IMG/VR virus record: IMGVR_UViG_3300043548_000582
Span: 25,235-89,234 of that record
Direction: 5' to 3' (one strand)
Source of the DNA: a virus
Length of the DNA stretch: 64,000 nucleotides
Part shown: in pieces, positions 1-9,674 of the stretch
Position numbering within the stretch: the stretch's first letter is position 1
Layout: each line of letters begins with the position of its first letter
Notes under the pieces: model-generated
The model's database searches: none
The model's input: the letters and a program-made list of their open reading frames with translations, nothing else
What the model was told of the DNA's origin: nothing
Program-made: the position numbers and the translations under genes

Positions 1-7
1 GTTTGCT

Positions 8-565
8 TTGAGCAACACCGAACATCTCGCTGTGGTCTATAATAGAGCGATAGACGCCGCTCTTAAAGAAGATTGGGATGCTTTGGCATTTGTTCACGAC
101 GACGTTATTCTGGAACACGATCCAAGACCCAAATTATCGAAACTTTTCGACGAATACGATATGATTGGTGTTGCTGGAACATCTTCAATCGAGCTAAAAT
201 CTCCAGCGTTGTGGCATTTGATGGGTGGTGGCTTCGGTTCTGGTAAACTACATGGCGCTGTTGCTCATGGAGACGAAAAACGGAAACACATGACATCATT
301 TGGAGTGTACCCTCATCGTGTTGTCATGATTGATGGTGTATTTATTGCTATGAATAGAACTCTGATGGAAAAACTAAGATTCGATGAAACCAATCCGTCC
401 AAGTACCATTTTTACGACCTTGACATATCCTCTGCTGCCCATAAGATGGGTTGCCGAGTAGGAGTCGGTGACATCCACATCACACACCAATCAGAGGGAT
501 TGCGTGAATTCACTGATGATTGGAAAGCTGGCGAAAGTTGGTTCCTTAAAAAATATGAATCTTGA
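8..565 (+). CDS. GT-A fold glycosyltransferase (Glyco_tranf_2_5-like), probably 5'-truncated by the window edge
   Basis: YNRAI, FVHDDV (DxD-like), IGVAG, VVMIDGVFIA, FDE..YHFYDLDIS motifs. Confidence 0.75.
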   Translation: MSNTEHLAVVYNRAIDAALKEDWDALAFVHDDVILEHDPRPKLSKLFDEYDMIGVAGTSSIELKSPALWHLMGGGFGSGKLHGAVAHGDEKRKHMTSFGVYPHRVVMIDGVFIAMNRTLMEKLRFDETNPSKYHFYDLDISSAAHKMGCRVGVGDIHITHQSEGLREFTDDWKAGESWFLKKYES

Positions 566-1871
566 TTTAGAATACTTTGAAAAAGTTATCGCCCGCCAAT
601 CGATGGTGGATTCGTCTTATTTGAACGCAATTGCTGATTATGTAAAGCCCGAATTCTTCGAAGACAAACGTATCGCCAAATATTTCGAAATTGTCAAGGA
701 TTTCCACGACAGGAGAAATGAACTTCCGACTATAACGGAAATAAAAACTTATCTAACTGATGATTCCTTGAAAGAAGGATTTAGACAGTTGGTGGCATCG
801 TTCAAAGAAATCGACAAAAATCTCAATAAGGATGAACTGTATGAAAATACAGAACGCTTTCTGAAAGAAAAGAGTGTGTATAATACTCTTCTGAAAGTTG
901 CATCTGAATTGTCCGAAGGAATTGTCGATACTTCGAAAATCCTAACACAATTTGAAAGCTCATGTAATATAAACTTGATATCCGACAAAGGTATGGAGTT
1001 GTTCTGCGATGCTTCGTTGTTAATCGATGACATCTTGAATGTTGAATCATGCATATCGTCTGGTTGGGAATGGTTGGATAATGCGTTGGGAGGCGGATAC
1101 AGGGAAAATGGTAAGGGGCTGTATGTATACGCTGGTCAGGCAAACATCGGCAAGAGTATTTTCTTGGGTAATACGGCTATCAACATAGCAAAGCAGAATA
1201 AGTCTGTTTTGGTCATTACTCTTGAGATGAGCGAAATGCTTTATGCCAAGAGAATGTCGTCGAATCTTACTTCAATTCCTTTGAATCAATTCGAAAGCTC
1301 AACTGATTCAATCAGAAGCATTCTAGCCAAACGAAAGAGGGAAATACCAGACGGTAAGATCTTCATCAAAGAATTTCCGCCAAGCACGATAACACCAAAG
1401 CAATTGGCGGCGTTTGTTAAGAAGTTTAAAGAGAGCGGCGAGCGTGTAGATGCGATAGTGATCGATTACATCAACCTATTGCATTCAACCATCGGATCTA
1501 ATTCATACGAGCGTGTGAAATACATATGCGAGCAAGTTAGAGCGATGAGTTATCAATTTGCTTGCCCTATAATTTCAGCAACTCAGCTCAATAGATCTGC
1601 CTACAATACAAACAATCCCGGAATGGAAGGATTGTCAGAATCGATTGGTCTTGCTGCTACAGCCGATGTTATTATATCCATCTTCCAAAACGAAGAAGAT
1701 CAGGATATGAATATCATCAGACTTGGTATGATGAAAAATCGATATGGTCCAAGAGGAATGGTTCAACTGATGAAAATCAATTATGATACTTTAACAATTG
1801 AACAAAGTGACGAAGACTGCACAATTCACGAAGATGAGAATATTTCATTACTTGAAAAATTTGCAAATTAG
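555..1871 (+). CDS. 41: DnaB-like replicative helicase (T4 gp41 family)
   Basis: Walker A GQANIGKS, ITLEMSE, Walker B IVIDYINL, ATQLNR, KNRYG; start moved to ATG 555 (MNLDLEY). Confidence 0.93.
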   Translation: MNLDLEYFEKVIARQSMVDSSYLNAIADYVKPEFFEDKRIAKYFEIVKDFHDRRNELPTITEIKTYLTDDSLKEGFRQLVASFKEIDKNLNKDELYENTERFLKEKSVYNTLLKVASELSEGIVDTSKILTQFESSCNINLISDKGMELFCDASLLIDDILNVESCISSGWEWLDNALGGGYRENGKGLYVYAGQANIGKSIFLGNTAINIAKQNKSVLVITLEMSEMLYAKRMSSNLTSIPLNQFESSTDSIRSILAKRKREIPDGKIFIKEFPPSTITPKQLAAFVKKFKESGERVDAIVIDYINLLHSTIGSNSYERVKYICEQVRAMSYQFACPIISATQLNRSAYNTNNPGMEGLSESIGLAATADVIISIFQNEEDQDMNIIRLGMMKNRYGPRGMVQLMKINYDTLTIEQSDEDCTIHEDENISLLEKFAN

Positions 1872-1886
1872 ATTAAATTGTGTTAG

Positions 1887-2738
1887 ATGAACGTTTTTGT
1901 ATGGGTAAATTCCGACTTGGATGGAGTGGGATCAACAGTATTACTTGGGAATATATTTAAAAATTTTGAATACAGACCTATATTCTTTGGCAATTTCGAA
2001 AAAGAATATCTGGAATGGTATGATGATAATTTCCAAAAATATGATAAGATATTCGTAGTTGGAATTCCATTATCTCAAGATATCGTCAACAAACTGGATG
2101 ATAAGAAAGTCGTATTTGTATCAGACAAACTTGAAACAGTGAAAGTCGGAGAATCGACATTGATACAAGAAGACACATCATCGTGTTCTAAATTGCTATA
2201 CAAAAAGTTCAGTAAAAAATTCGAATTTCCGAAACCTTTGAAACTTTTGATAACGATTATAGATGATTATAATAGTTACAATTTAAAGCTTTCGGAAAGT
2301 AAAATAATGAATGCTTTGTATAGAAGAAGCGGATCTAGACGGTTTTACAATTTTGTCAACAATTTCTGGAATGGATTTGAGCAATTCTCAGATAGTGAAT
2401 TGAAAATATCCGAGTCATTTTATAAAGATCTCCAAACGGAATTGGAAAATTTAGACCTTTACAAAGGTACATATCGAGGACATTCAATCATAGCCACATT
2501 CTCATCTTTCAGCGCGTCGGAGGTCGCAGCATCTTTGTTGGACAACTACAATCCTGATGTAGCGATTGTTGTGAATCTAGATACCAAATTTGTTTCTTTT
2601 AGAAAGAAAGCAGGATCACCAGCCGATATTATATTCATGGCTCAAAATTTATGCAACGGTGGTGGTAGTGAGTATTCATCGGGTGGTCAGTTGACATCGA
2701 AATTTTTAGAACTAACAACCCAATTATCTCCACTATGA
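1887..2738 (+). CDS. DHH/DHHA1-family phosphoesterase-like protein with degenerate catalytic motifs
   Basis: SDLDGVGS motif I, SCSKLLY, IDDYNSY, VSFRK and C-terminal GGGS..SSGG; the DHH motif reads SDK. Confidence 0.7.
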   Translation: MNVFVWVNSDLDGVGSTVLLGNIFKNFEYRPIFFGNFEKEYLEWYDDNFQKYDKIFVVGIPLSQDIVNKLDDKKVVFVSDKLETVKVGESTLIQEDTSSCSKLLYKKFSKKFEFPKPLKLLITIIDDYNSYNLKLSESKIMNALYRRSGSRRFYNFVNNFWNGFEQFSDSELKISESFYKDLQTELENLDLYKGTYRGHSIIATFSSFSASEVAASLLDNYNPDVAIVVNLDTKFVSFRKKAGSPADIIFMAQNLCNGGGSEYSSGGQLTSKFLELTTQLSPL

Positions 2739-3034
2739 ACGCAGATCCATCCAACAGTATGATAGAAAATGAACAATGGCATTTGTTTTTATGCTATTGC
2801 ACATTTATAGTAAACATTCAAGGTAAGAAAATGTCTGTGCAGAATGTTTTCGTACATACGCTACAAAATGATAAAATGCGAAACTTATTGAAAAAATTAC
2901 TGTGCATGGACACTGACTTCGATGTTGTTAAAATGTTTTTGGATTTTGATCCCAGCCTTGTCAAGAGCAAGTATGTGACCAAATATCTAAATAATCGAAC
3001 TAAAACTTCGAAAAAAGTTGGGAAAACATCTTGA
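2735..3034 (+). CDS. hypothetical protein
   Basis: 99-aa ORF, ATGA overlap with upstream gene. Confidence 0.7.
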   Translation: MNADPSNSMIENEQWHLFLCYCTFIVNIQGKKMSVQNVFVHTLQNDKMRNLLKKLLCMDTDFDVVKMFLDFDPSLVKSKYVTKYLNNRTKTSKKVGKTS

Positions 3035-3058
3035 CTTATCGAGTTTTTGGATTAAATT
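3031..3058 (+). promoter_or_regulatory. sigma70-like promoter
   Basis: TTGACT-N16-TAAATT upstream of the small membrane ORF and gp32. Confidence 0.45.
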
Positions 3059-3083
3059 AAATGGGTAAGAAGAATCTGACCGA

Positions 3084-3263
3084 ATGAAAACTCTAATATA
3101 CTTTATTTTGATTTTGATACTACTGAAAGTGTTAAAATTGATTGAATTAAGTTGGTTTTGGATTTTGGCTCCGGTATTTTTACCAGTCTCCATCGTATCG
3201 GCACTTTGTCTAATTGCCGCTATTTGGACGACAATTCGCATATATAAACTAATAAAAGAATAA
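3084..3263 (+). CDS. small two-helix membrane protein (59 aa, missed by the ORF track)
   Basis: Manual translation MKTLIYFILILILLKVLKLIELSWFWILAPVFLPVSIVSALCLIAAIWTTIRIYKLIKE; LK..I..SW.W..P pattern of a common phage membrane protein; fills the gap before gp32. Confidence 0.75.
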   Translation: MKTLIYFILILILLKVLKLIELSWFWILAPVFLPVSIVSALCLIAAIWTTIRIYKLIKE

Positions 3264-3267
3264 AAAA

Positions 3268-4158
3268 ATGAGTACTAAAAATAAATTCAATGCTAGCATG
3301 TTTGAAAAGATTAAGGACGCCCTTAATAAAACCACTGAAACTTCCAATAGCGCATTTTCGAATGTGATGAAGTTTCCCGCTGGGAAGACATACACGCTTC
3401 GTATAGTTCCTAATCTGGAAGACCCTGAGAAGACATTCTTCCATCACTATACACACGGTTGGAAGAGCAAGACTACCGGTAGTTATATCTCAACGCTATC
3501 ACTGCAAACATTCGGTGAGCGCGATCCAATCACCGAAACATTCTGGTCACTCATCAAGAGTGATGACAAGAATGAGAAAGAACTTGGTAAAGTTATTCGC
3601 CGCAAGGAGAATTGGTTTGTCAATGTTTATGTAATCGATGATCCATCAAATCCTGACAACAATGGAACTGTCAAGATTTTGAAAATTGGACCACAGATCA
3701 AAAAGATCATCGATGATGCCCTTACCGGAGATGGCGCAGAAGAATTCGGTTATCGAATCTTCGATCTTGGTGAAGATGGTGCAAACCTCAAGATCAAAGC
3801 TGAAACCAGTGGAGATTTCGTAACATTTGCATCTTCTGGCTTCTACAACAAGCCTCAGATCAAGCTATCAGATGAACAAATCGATAAGATTTACGAATCT
3901 GCACATGATCTGGAAGCCATCTATCCCAAGAAGACAGTTGATGAGCTTCAAGAAATCTTGGATGTTCATTTTTACGGAAAGAGTGGTGGAAAGACTTCCA
4001 CACCCAAGACTACAAATGCAACACTGAAGCAACCACCAGTTCTAGATGATGACGATGTGAATGATGATATTCCATTCGATTTCCCATCCAAAACAAGTGG
4101 TTCAAGTGAACCAAGTGAAGATGATATCGATAAAATGCTAGCCGACCTAGAAGACTAA
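3268..4158 (+). CDS. 32: single-stranded DNA-binding protein (T4 gp32 family)
   Basis: LRIVP, NVYVIDDP.NP.NNG.VKI, IFD..GANLKIK, acidic C-tail DDIDKMLADLED. Confidence 0.9.
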   Translation: MSTKNKFNASMFEKIKDALNKTTETSNSAFSNVMKFPAGKTYTLRIVPNLEDPEKTFFHHYTHGWKSKTTGSYISTLSLQTFGERDPITETFWSLIKSDDKNEKELGKVIRRKENWFVNVYVIDDPSNPDNNGTVKILKIGPQIKKIIDDALTGDGAEEFGYRIFDLGEDGANLKIKAETSGDFVTFASSGFYNKPQIKLSDEQIDKIYESAHDLEAIYPKKTVDELQEILDVHFYGKSGGKTSTPKTTNATLKQPPVLDDDDVNDDIPFDFPSKTSGSSEPSEDDIDKMLADLED

Positions 4159-4161
4159 TAT

Positions 4162-4602
4162 ATGTTAACACCTGAAGATAAAAAAGTATTATTGGATTTT
4201 GCTGGCCCACTCTTTGCTCAAAGTAAAGAGATCGATTCGATGTATTACAACGACTCGAAGCCAAAAACTGATGGTATTGAAGATTCAGGTATCGCGTATG
4301 GAATTCAAAAGGCGCTTGAGAGAGATTTCGCAAACTCTCAAGCGCCTCGTCGCGTCGAAGCTGCTCATGTACCCATGCCTCAGTATATTCCAATTCCACA
4401 GCATATACCAGCTCCGATGCCTCAATACGCGCCTCCTGTTCCTCAACAAGATCCAGACCAGTTGGAGTTTAAGTTCAACGTAACCGAGCAAGAAAAAACA
4501 AACACGTTGTTGGAAGCTCAAAATAAACTCATCAAACAGTTGATAACCAAGATCGATAAGCTAATATCCATTTCAAATGAAAGCACAAAAGCTAAAACTT
4601 AA
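4162..4602 (+). CDS. hypothetical protein with Pro/Gln-rich linker and C-terminal coiled coil
   Basis: PMPQY repeated twice; tightly packed in the replication cluster. Confidence 0.65.
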   Translation: MLTPEDKKVLLDFAGPLFAQSKEIDSMYYNDSKPKTDGIEDSGIAYGIQKALERDFANSQAPRRVEAAHVPMPQYIPIPQHIPAPMPQYAPPVPQQDPDQLEFKFNVTEQEKTNTLLEAQNKLIKQLITKIDKLISISNESTKAKT

Positions 4603-5302
4603 CAAATCTGATTTCTTATTCTTTCTGGATTCACTATCCAAGCTCAGCGATTCCGCCATTCTAACTATTAAAGATGGCGGAATTTCCGCATTAAGTACTA
4701 ATATAGATGCGTCGTTGTTTTTGTGGAATTCAATGCCAGTCGAGTGTGACGATGATATAAGCACTCTCAATATACCTTCACTATCAAAGCTTAAATCAGC
4801 GTTGGATTTGTGTGAATCGTCCGAGTTTATTGAGTTGACCCTCAATAGAAACAACCTTGAGTATCGGGGATCTTCTGTGAAGTTTAAATATCACCTCCAC
4901 GAAGATGGGGTTCTCATGAAGAGCAAGACCAGTCTGGAAAAGCTCAAGAGTTTGAAGTATGATATATCCACAGTCTTTTCAAGAAGCTTTTTGAAATCTT
5001 TCTTGAAGGCAGCTACTTCTTTTTCAAAAATCACCAAATTACACTTGTATACTGATGATGATCATCTGATGTGGTCATTAAAGGATTCAACCATAGCAAA
5101 CAGCGATGTATTCACTATGAAAGGCAACGAAGTTGACTTTGAGTTGGATTCTTTAATTCTGAACATAGACAATATACGTCTAATGCAGTTCCCAACTGAT
5201 AATATCAATTTAAAAATAAACACATCACTTGGAATTGCTAAAATTGAGTTGAAATATGGGAGCGTCGATCTAAATTATACTATATCAAGTTTAATAAAAT
5301 GA
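4577..5302 (+). CDS. 45: DNA polymerase sliding clamp (gp45-like)
   Basis: 241 aa, two-domain alpha/beta pattern (LNIPSLSKL, LNIDNIRL), position beside gp32. Confidence 0.7.
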   Translation: MKAQKLKLNKSDFLFFLDSLSKLSDSAILTIKDGGISALSTNIDASLFLWNSMPVECDDDISTLNIPSLSKLKSALDLCESSEFIELTLNRNNLEYRGSSVKFKYHLHEDGVLMKSKTSLEKLKSLKYDISTVFSRSFLKSFLKAATSFSKITKLHLYTDDDHLMWSLKDSTIANSDVFTMKGNEVDFELDSLILNIDNIRLMQFPTDNINLKINTSLGIAKIELKYGSVDLNYTISSLIK

Positions 5303-5637
5303 TTAAAAACAAAGTATCAACACTGGGTTATTTTTTAAAGCGTCTGCGTGATTGTGGATTCATAGCTATAAAAGTATATGACAAGTATTCATTTCAAGAT
5401 TCACGAAAGTGGACTGTTATGGTCGATCCCGGTGGCAGAAGCGTTGGTATAACTTGCTACCAAAACAAAGATTACAAGGGTGATGTGTTTTTTGAAATAA
5501 ACGACGGCGGCACCCTCTTTCCAAAGAATTACAATTTGAAAACAAATTCCATGGAAATTGTGATTACTTCTCTTCTGGAAAAGGGAGTAAATCAAAAGAG
5601 CGAGGATAATGAATTTCTAAAAAAAGAAAAGGTTTAA
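5299..5637 (+). CDS. hypothetical protein
   Basis: 112-aa ORF in operon. Confidence 0.7.
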   Translation: MIKNKVSTLGYFLKRLRDCGFIAIKVYDKYSFQDSRKWTVMVDPGGRSVGITCYQNKDYKGDVFFEINDGGTLFPKNYNLKTNSMEIVITSLLEKGVNQKSEDNEFLKKEKV

Positions 5638-5650
5638 TTTAAATACTATT

Positions 5651-5935
5651 ATGAACGATGACGAATCGGATTATACGGAAGACGATATAAAGAAACTTTT
5701 AATTGATTCGTTAAAAATAAAATTAAAAGATGATAGGAAAAAACCTAGTCGGGTTAAAATGAATCAGGCTATAATTTCGTCTTTAAGTGAGTTCATGAGT
5801 TGCTTTGCCCTCATAGGTTATGATTTAGAAGGCAATTACGTCAATCTAAGGATAAGCAAAACACCTATGGATAAATCTGCTTTGGAGCATTCCTTTATAA
5901 AGGAGTTTAGTAAATTTATAAATGAGTCAATGTAA
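5651..5935 (+). CDS. hypothetical protein
   Basis: 94 aa, TAAATA at 5640-5645 5 nt upstream. Confidence 0.7.
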   Translation: MNDDESDYTEDDIKKLLIDSLKIKLKDDRKKPSRVKMNQAIISSLSEFMSCFALIGYDLEGNYVNLRISKTPMDKSALEHSFIKEFSKFINESM

Positions 5936-6216
5936 TGTTGAAGGGTTTATTCAAGAAAAAACTAAGATTTGGAGACGCATATGCGGTGCAAACTGGTGAT
6001 TATGCGGGTCAAATGTACATTTTCATAGAAAAAACAAAGGACAGCTATGAATTCTTGTCAAGTCCGCTGATGGAAAATCGATCAGTGCCTGTGGAAAAGT
6101 TTGACTTTGCGTTGCAGGAAGGTATAATTGAGTATGTCGAAAGGTTGCCTAGATATGTCCGCAATATTACGCGGGCTAAATTCAAAGAAAACGAATCATT
6201 TTATAAATCTGCCTGA
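5935..6216 (+). CDS. hypothetical protein
   Basis: 93 aa, TAATG stop/start overlap. Confidence 0.65.
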   Translation: MLKGLFKKKLRFGDAYAVQTGDYAGQMYIFIEKTKDSYEFLSSPLMENRSVPVEKFDFALQEGIIEYVERLPRYVRNITRAKFKENESFYKSA

Positions 6217-7222
6217 GAGTTATGTGGTTTCCAAGTTTTTTGAACTGGGACCATATCCAACGCAGAACGCATACAACAACACATATCAATGTTGCTGCCC
6301 TATATGTAAAGAAGGTAAAAGTTTTGGAAAAAAACAGAGATGTTTCTACATCCCATCAAACGATTTGATATTTTGCCACAATTGTGGATGGTCTAGCAAG
6401 CCTCTGAAGTGGATTACCACAGTCTCCGGGATGTCGGTATCTGAAGTTTATGCAGAAATACAACAGGGTGAGTTTGATATGATTAATATATCAGATGGCG
6501 AAGTTCCAACCTCTGTTGAAGTGCCATCATTACCTCAAGATTGCATCAATTTATACGACAAAACTCAAGTCTCGTTCTACATTAAAAATAATATAGTTGT
6601 AAATGCCTTCAAATATTTAAAATCTAGAAATCTGCTGAAGGCCATCAACAAACCAGACTCCATGTATATATCTTTGAAGGATTATGGACACAAAAACAGA
6701 TTGGTTCTACCATTCAAGGACGTTGATGGTAAAATTGTATTCTACCAAAGCCGTAAAATATTTGATTGGGACGAAAAATGCAGATACTTATCAAAGCGTG
6801 ATTCAGATAAATCGCTATTCAACATAGATAAGGTCGATTCATCGAATGGTGATGTCATTTACATGTTTGAAGGCCCGATTGATGCGTGTTTTATAAAAAA
6901 CGGAGTCGCGGTCGCTGGCATTAATGAAGGTAATGTGCTGTTTACAAATAAACAAGAAGAACAACTAAGGCAGTTTAAGTTTTTCAAAGTTGTTTGGTGT
7001 TTGGATAGCCAATATTTGGATTCAGCGAGTAGAGAAAAAACCAAAGTGTTGCTAGAATCTGGACAAACTGTATTTATTTGGCCTGAAAATTACGGCAAAA
7101 GATACAAAGACTTCAATGAAATGTGTATAGATAGAGATATTTTTGAAATAGATCAAGAATTTGTCAATAAAAATACATATTCTGGTAAATTGGGTCTTAC
7201 AAGATTAAGAATGATCAATTAA
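6128..7222 (+). CDS. 61: DNA primase (T4 gp61 family); exact start uncertain
   Basis: Zn finger CPIC...CHNC, RLVLPF, TOPRIM FEGPIDACF, KDFNEM. Confidence 0.92.
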   Translation: MSMSKGCLDMSAILRGLNSKKTNHFINLPESYVVSKFFELGPYPTQNAYNNTYQCCCPICKEGKSFGKKQRCFYIPSNDLIFCHNCGWSSKPLKWITTVSGMSVSEVYAEIQQGEFDMINISDGEVPTSVEVPSLPQDCINLYDKTQVSFYIKNNIVVNAFKYLKSRNLLKAINKPDSMYISLKDYGHKNRLVLPFKDVDGKIVFYQSRKIFDWDEKCRYLSKRDSDKSLFNIDKVDSSNGDVIYMFEGPIDACFIKNGVAVAGINEGNVLFTNKQEEQLRQFKFFKVVWCLDSQYLDSASREKTKVLLESGQTVFIWPENYGKRYKDFNEMCIDRDIFEIDQEFVNKNTYSGKLGLTRLRMIN

Positions 7223-7224
7223 AC

Positions 7225-7257
7225 AAAAAACCCATGGATAACCATGGGTTTTTTTTT
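7225..7257. terminator. bidirectional intrinsic terminator
   Basis: A6-CCCATGG-ataa-CCATGGG-T-run between convergent genes. Confidence 0.9.
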
Positions 7258-7278
7258 GATTTTTAGGGTTTTTAAAAT

Positions 7279-7722
7279 TCAGACATACTTGTATTTCGCA
7301 TTCTTGGTCTGCGCCATGAATCCGAGGAATCCTTGGTGCAACGCAGCCAAGTCAGAAGCAACACGGGATATCTTCGTTTGCTGTGATTGTTTCATCTTAT
7401 CAAACACTGTATCAGGCTCCGCATTAGCTAATCTGCTTTGAATGCTTGTTGGGTCTTCGCTATTCAAGACCTTTAAGAATTGATCGATTGAATCAATCCA
7501 TGTTTGCAGTTCACCTACGATTTGCTGGTTTCTTTTTGAGAGGATATCAGCTAATTCGCTTTGTGTAGTGTCCATATCAGTCGATGCGTCGAATGCAGTT
7601 GGGTCAGTTCCATCATCTAGAGAGTTTTCCATAGCATCTCTTTCGAGATCGTCATCCATCATATCAATATCATCGGCTTCTAATAAAACCTTCTTAAATC
7701 TAGCAGCGTATAGATTGGTCAT
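7279..7722 (-). CDS. hypothetical acidic protein, possible internal head protein
   Basis: Start moved to MTNLYAARFKKVLLE, 5 nt after TAAATA (7728-7733, minus strand). Confidence 0.7.
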   Translation of the reverse strand: MTNLYAARFKKVLLEADDIDMMDDDLERDAMENSLDDGTDPTAFDASTDMDTTQSELADILSKRNQQIVGELQTWIDSIDQFLKVLNSEDPTSIQSRLANAEPDTVFDKMKQSQQTKISRVASDLAALHQGFLGFMAQTKNAKYKYV

Positions 7723-7727
7723 AGCAG

Positions 7728-7752
7728 TATTTAGTGCTTTGATGAATAAATA
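7728..7752. promoter_or_regulatory. back-to-back T4-type late promoters (TAAATA)
   Basis: TATTTA 7728-7733 and TAAATA 7747-7752, each 5 nt from an ATG. Confidence 0.75.
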
Positions 7753-7757
7753 TACAC

Positions 7758-8120
7758 ATGGCAAGCAAAGATTCCCCATATTCTACAGGTTTCATGTCTT
7801 CAAATATTAATTTTGATACTGATACCGAACAAATGTTTAGACAGATCAAAAGAGAAGAAAACGAAACACACGAAGCTATTCCAACTTTGCCATATGAAAT
7901 GACAATGTTGCCACAATACTGCGCGAATATTGTCGATAATGCCATGAATGCATCAATTAACATAGAAAATGTACTAAAATCTAAGAATTTTAAAAATAAA
8001 GACGACCTTTTAAAGTTAAAGAACAATTTGGATAAAATGATAAAATATCTCATCAGAAATGTCGATCCAACTCTTGACAAATTCGCAATAAGGCGTAGTA
8101 TGGACTCAAATGACGAGTAA
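7758..8120 (+). CDS. hypothetical protein
   Basis: 120 aa after TAAATA. Confidence 0.7.
   Translation: MASKDSPYSTGFMSSNINFDTDTEQMFRQIKREENETHEAIPTLPYEMTMLPQYCANIVDNAMNASINIENVLKSKNFKNKDDLLKLKNNLDKMIKYLIRNVDPTLDKFAIRRSMDSNDE
8074..8101 (+). promoter_or_regulatory. sigma70-like promoter
   Basis: TTGACA-N16-TAGTAT, ATG 8 nt downstream. Confidence 0.55.
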
Positions 8121-8598
8121 AACAGTGTATAGTTCCATACTGGCATCGCTAGTATCCATCGTATTGTTATCATATGGACTCAGTACTTGGGTTCCTTTTA
8201 CAAACACATTATCCTTACTTGGATCGATTTTGATCATCGCTGGTTGCGTTGTATATGCCAAATATACGGGGGTTCTTTCAAAGAAAGAAGAAAAACCATC
8301 CAGTGATATGGATGATATTGCAAATATGATTTCTGAAATGGATGAAGTCATATCTGAATATGAAAACATGCTTTCAGAGCAACTGGTAAAACTTCCATGC
8401 AACTGCGGTCAGACTTTATTCGAGGGTATTTTGATACCAAATGCCGAGAATATGTGTAAATGTCCATCTTGCAAAGAGACATACAAGGTTATGGTAAGCT
8501 ATGATTCAATTCTGGTTACAGAACCTCTGGAACCAGCTACCATTTATGAAAATTTAACAAAAGCTGCTTCGACCGACATTAATAAAACGCTAGAGTAA
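8110..8598 (+). CDS. membrane protein with C-terminal Zn ribbon
   Basis: two N-terminal hydrophobic helices; CNC and CKCPSC. Confidence 0.7.
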   Translation: MTSKTVYSSILASLVSIVLLSYGLSTWVPFTNTLSLLGSILIIAGCVVYAKYTGVLSKKEEKPSSDMDDIANMISEMDEVISEYENMLSEQLVKLPCNCGQTLFEGILIPNAENMCKCPSCKETYKVMVSYDSILVTEPLEPATIYENLTKAASTDINKTLE

Positions 8599-8607
8599 AC
8601 TGGTCGC

Positions 8608-8847
8608 ATGCAAAACGTAAATATAAAACTGAAAAACGGCAAAGTCGAAATCATGGATGCAGTTTCATTCTCCAGATGGGTTTGTCTGGTCGAAGCTTTC
8701 GACATTATTTTTGAAAAAGCCGCTCAGCTCAATTTGGATATTGAGAGCTTTATAAAACCCGTCGCCATCGAACACTACATCAACGAAAGATTCGATTCTG
8801 TTCTGTGTGATGTGAAGTATGAATTGGAGAATGGTTTATTGAACTGA
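8608..8847 (+). CDS. hypothetical protein
   Basis: 79-aa ORF. Confidence 0.65.
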   Translation: MQNVNIKLKNGKVEIMDAVSFSRWVCLVEAFDIIFEKAAQLNLDIESFIKPVAIEHYINERFDSVLCDVKYELENGLLN

Positions 8848-9663
8848 TAACTCTCGCTCAATTCGTTCAATTGTCTCTTTACCAAGAGAAGGTTCGAAGT
8901 GTGCTTTTAGTTCAGTTGTATCCAAATCTAGTTCTTTGAATCCGATGAGATAATTTTTGAATCTTTGGTCTAGCTGATTTGGGTACGACACACCTTCTGG
9001 TCTATAAAATCGATGGCACCACCTTAAAAACGGCAGGCATAGTGTTCGCTTGCCGTTTTTTCTGTATTTTTCGTGGATGTATCCTTCTTCACCACCAAAT
9101 CCCCTGAACTTTGTATTGAATCCTAACCATGAATCTTTTCTACATGAAAATAATCCAAGACCCTGCGCGGGTATCTCAAAAGGAACTCCGTTAGGATCTT
9201 CGCCTCGCTCATCATTACCCCACACCCCCCACATATTTGACCTCCAAACGAGATCAAAATGGGTAGAAGTTCCTTTAAGATTGTCATAAACCAATGGTCC
9301 TTGTAATAAATTGCCGTCATCTTCATTGTTATCATAAAAGTCTATTAATTTTTTAAGAGATCCCGGTTCTAGAAGAACATGACTGTCTATACTTAGCACA
9401 TAAGGTGTCTCAGCAAGATCAAAAATTTTATTTCTGACAATAGTCGATTTATAATTTGTGAAAGGAAAGTATTGCACTGGTTCATCAACCCAATCTAAAA
9501 ATTCCCGTATGCATTTGGAATGTGTTCCAGATGGATTATTGTCAATCACGACAAATTCGACATTATCCATCACTTCTTTGTGAAATAATCTGATTGATTG
9601 TATTGTGAAATACAAACCGTCCAGATCATCATGAACTGCCATCCCAATTGTAAGTTTCCTCAT
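8836..9663 (-). CDS. GT-A glycosyltransferase with polypeptide-GalNAc-transferase-like motifs
   Basis: GT2-type N-terminus (TIGMAVHD, VVIDNN, RNKIF), SIDSHV (DxH), GLGLFS...GFGGEEG, WCHRFYRP..YP. Confidence 0.85.
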   Translation of the reverse strand: MRKLTIGMAVHDDLDGLYFTIQSIRLFHKEVMDNVEFVVIDNNPSGTHSKCIREFLDWVDEPVQYFPFTNYKSTIVRNKIFDLAETPYVLSIDSHVLLEPGSLKKLIDFYDNNEDDGNLLQGPLVYDNLKGTSTHFDLVWRSNMWGVWGNDERGEDPNGVPFEIPAQGLGLFSCRKDSWLGFNTKFRGFGGEEGYIHEKYRKNGKRTLCLPFLRWCHRFYRPEGVSYPNQLDQRFKNYLIGFKELDLDTTELKAHFEPSLGKETIERIERELSVQ

Positions 9664-9674
9664 ATTTTAATTTA

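Noticed and set aside
468-554. Extended N-termini in the ORF track (also at 33834, 40225, 7779, 56462)
   Set aside because: They overlap neighbouring genes or promoters; downstream ATGs next to TAAATA or to gene junctions are better starts.
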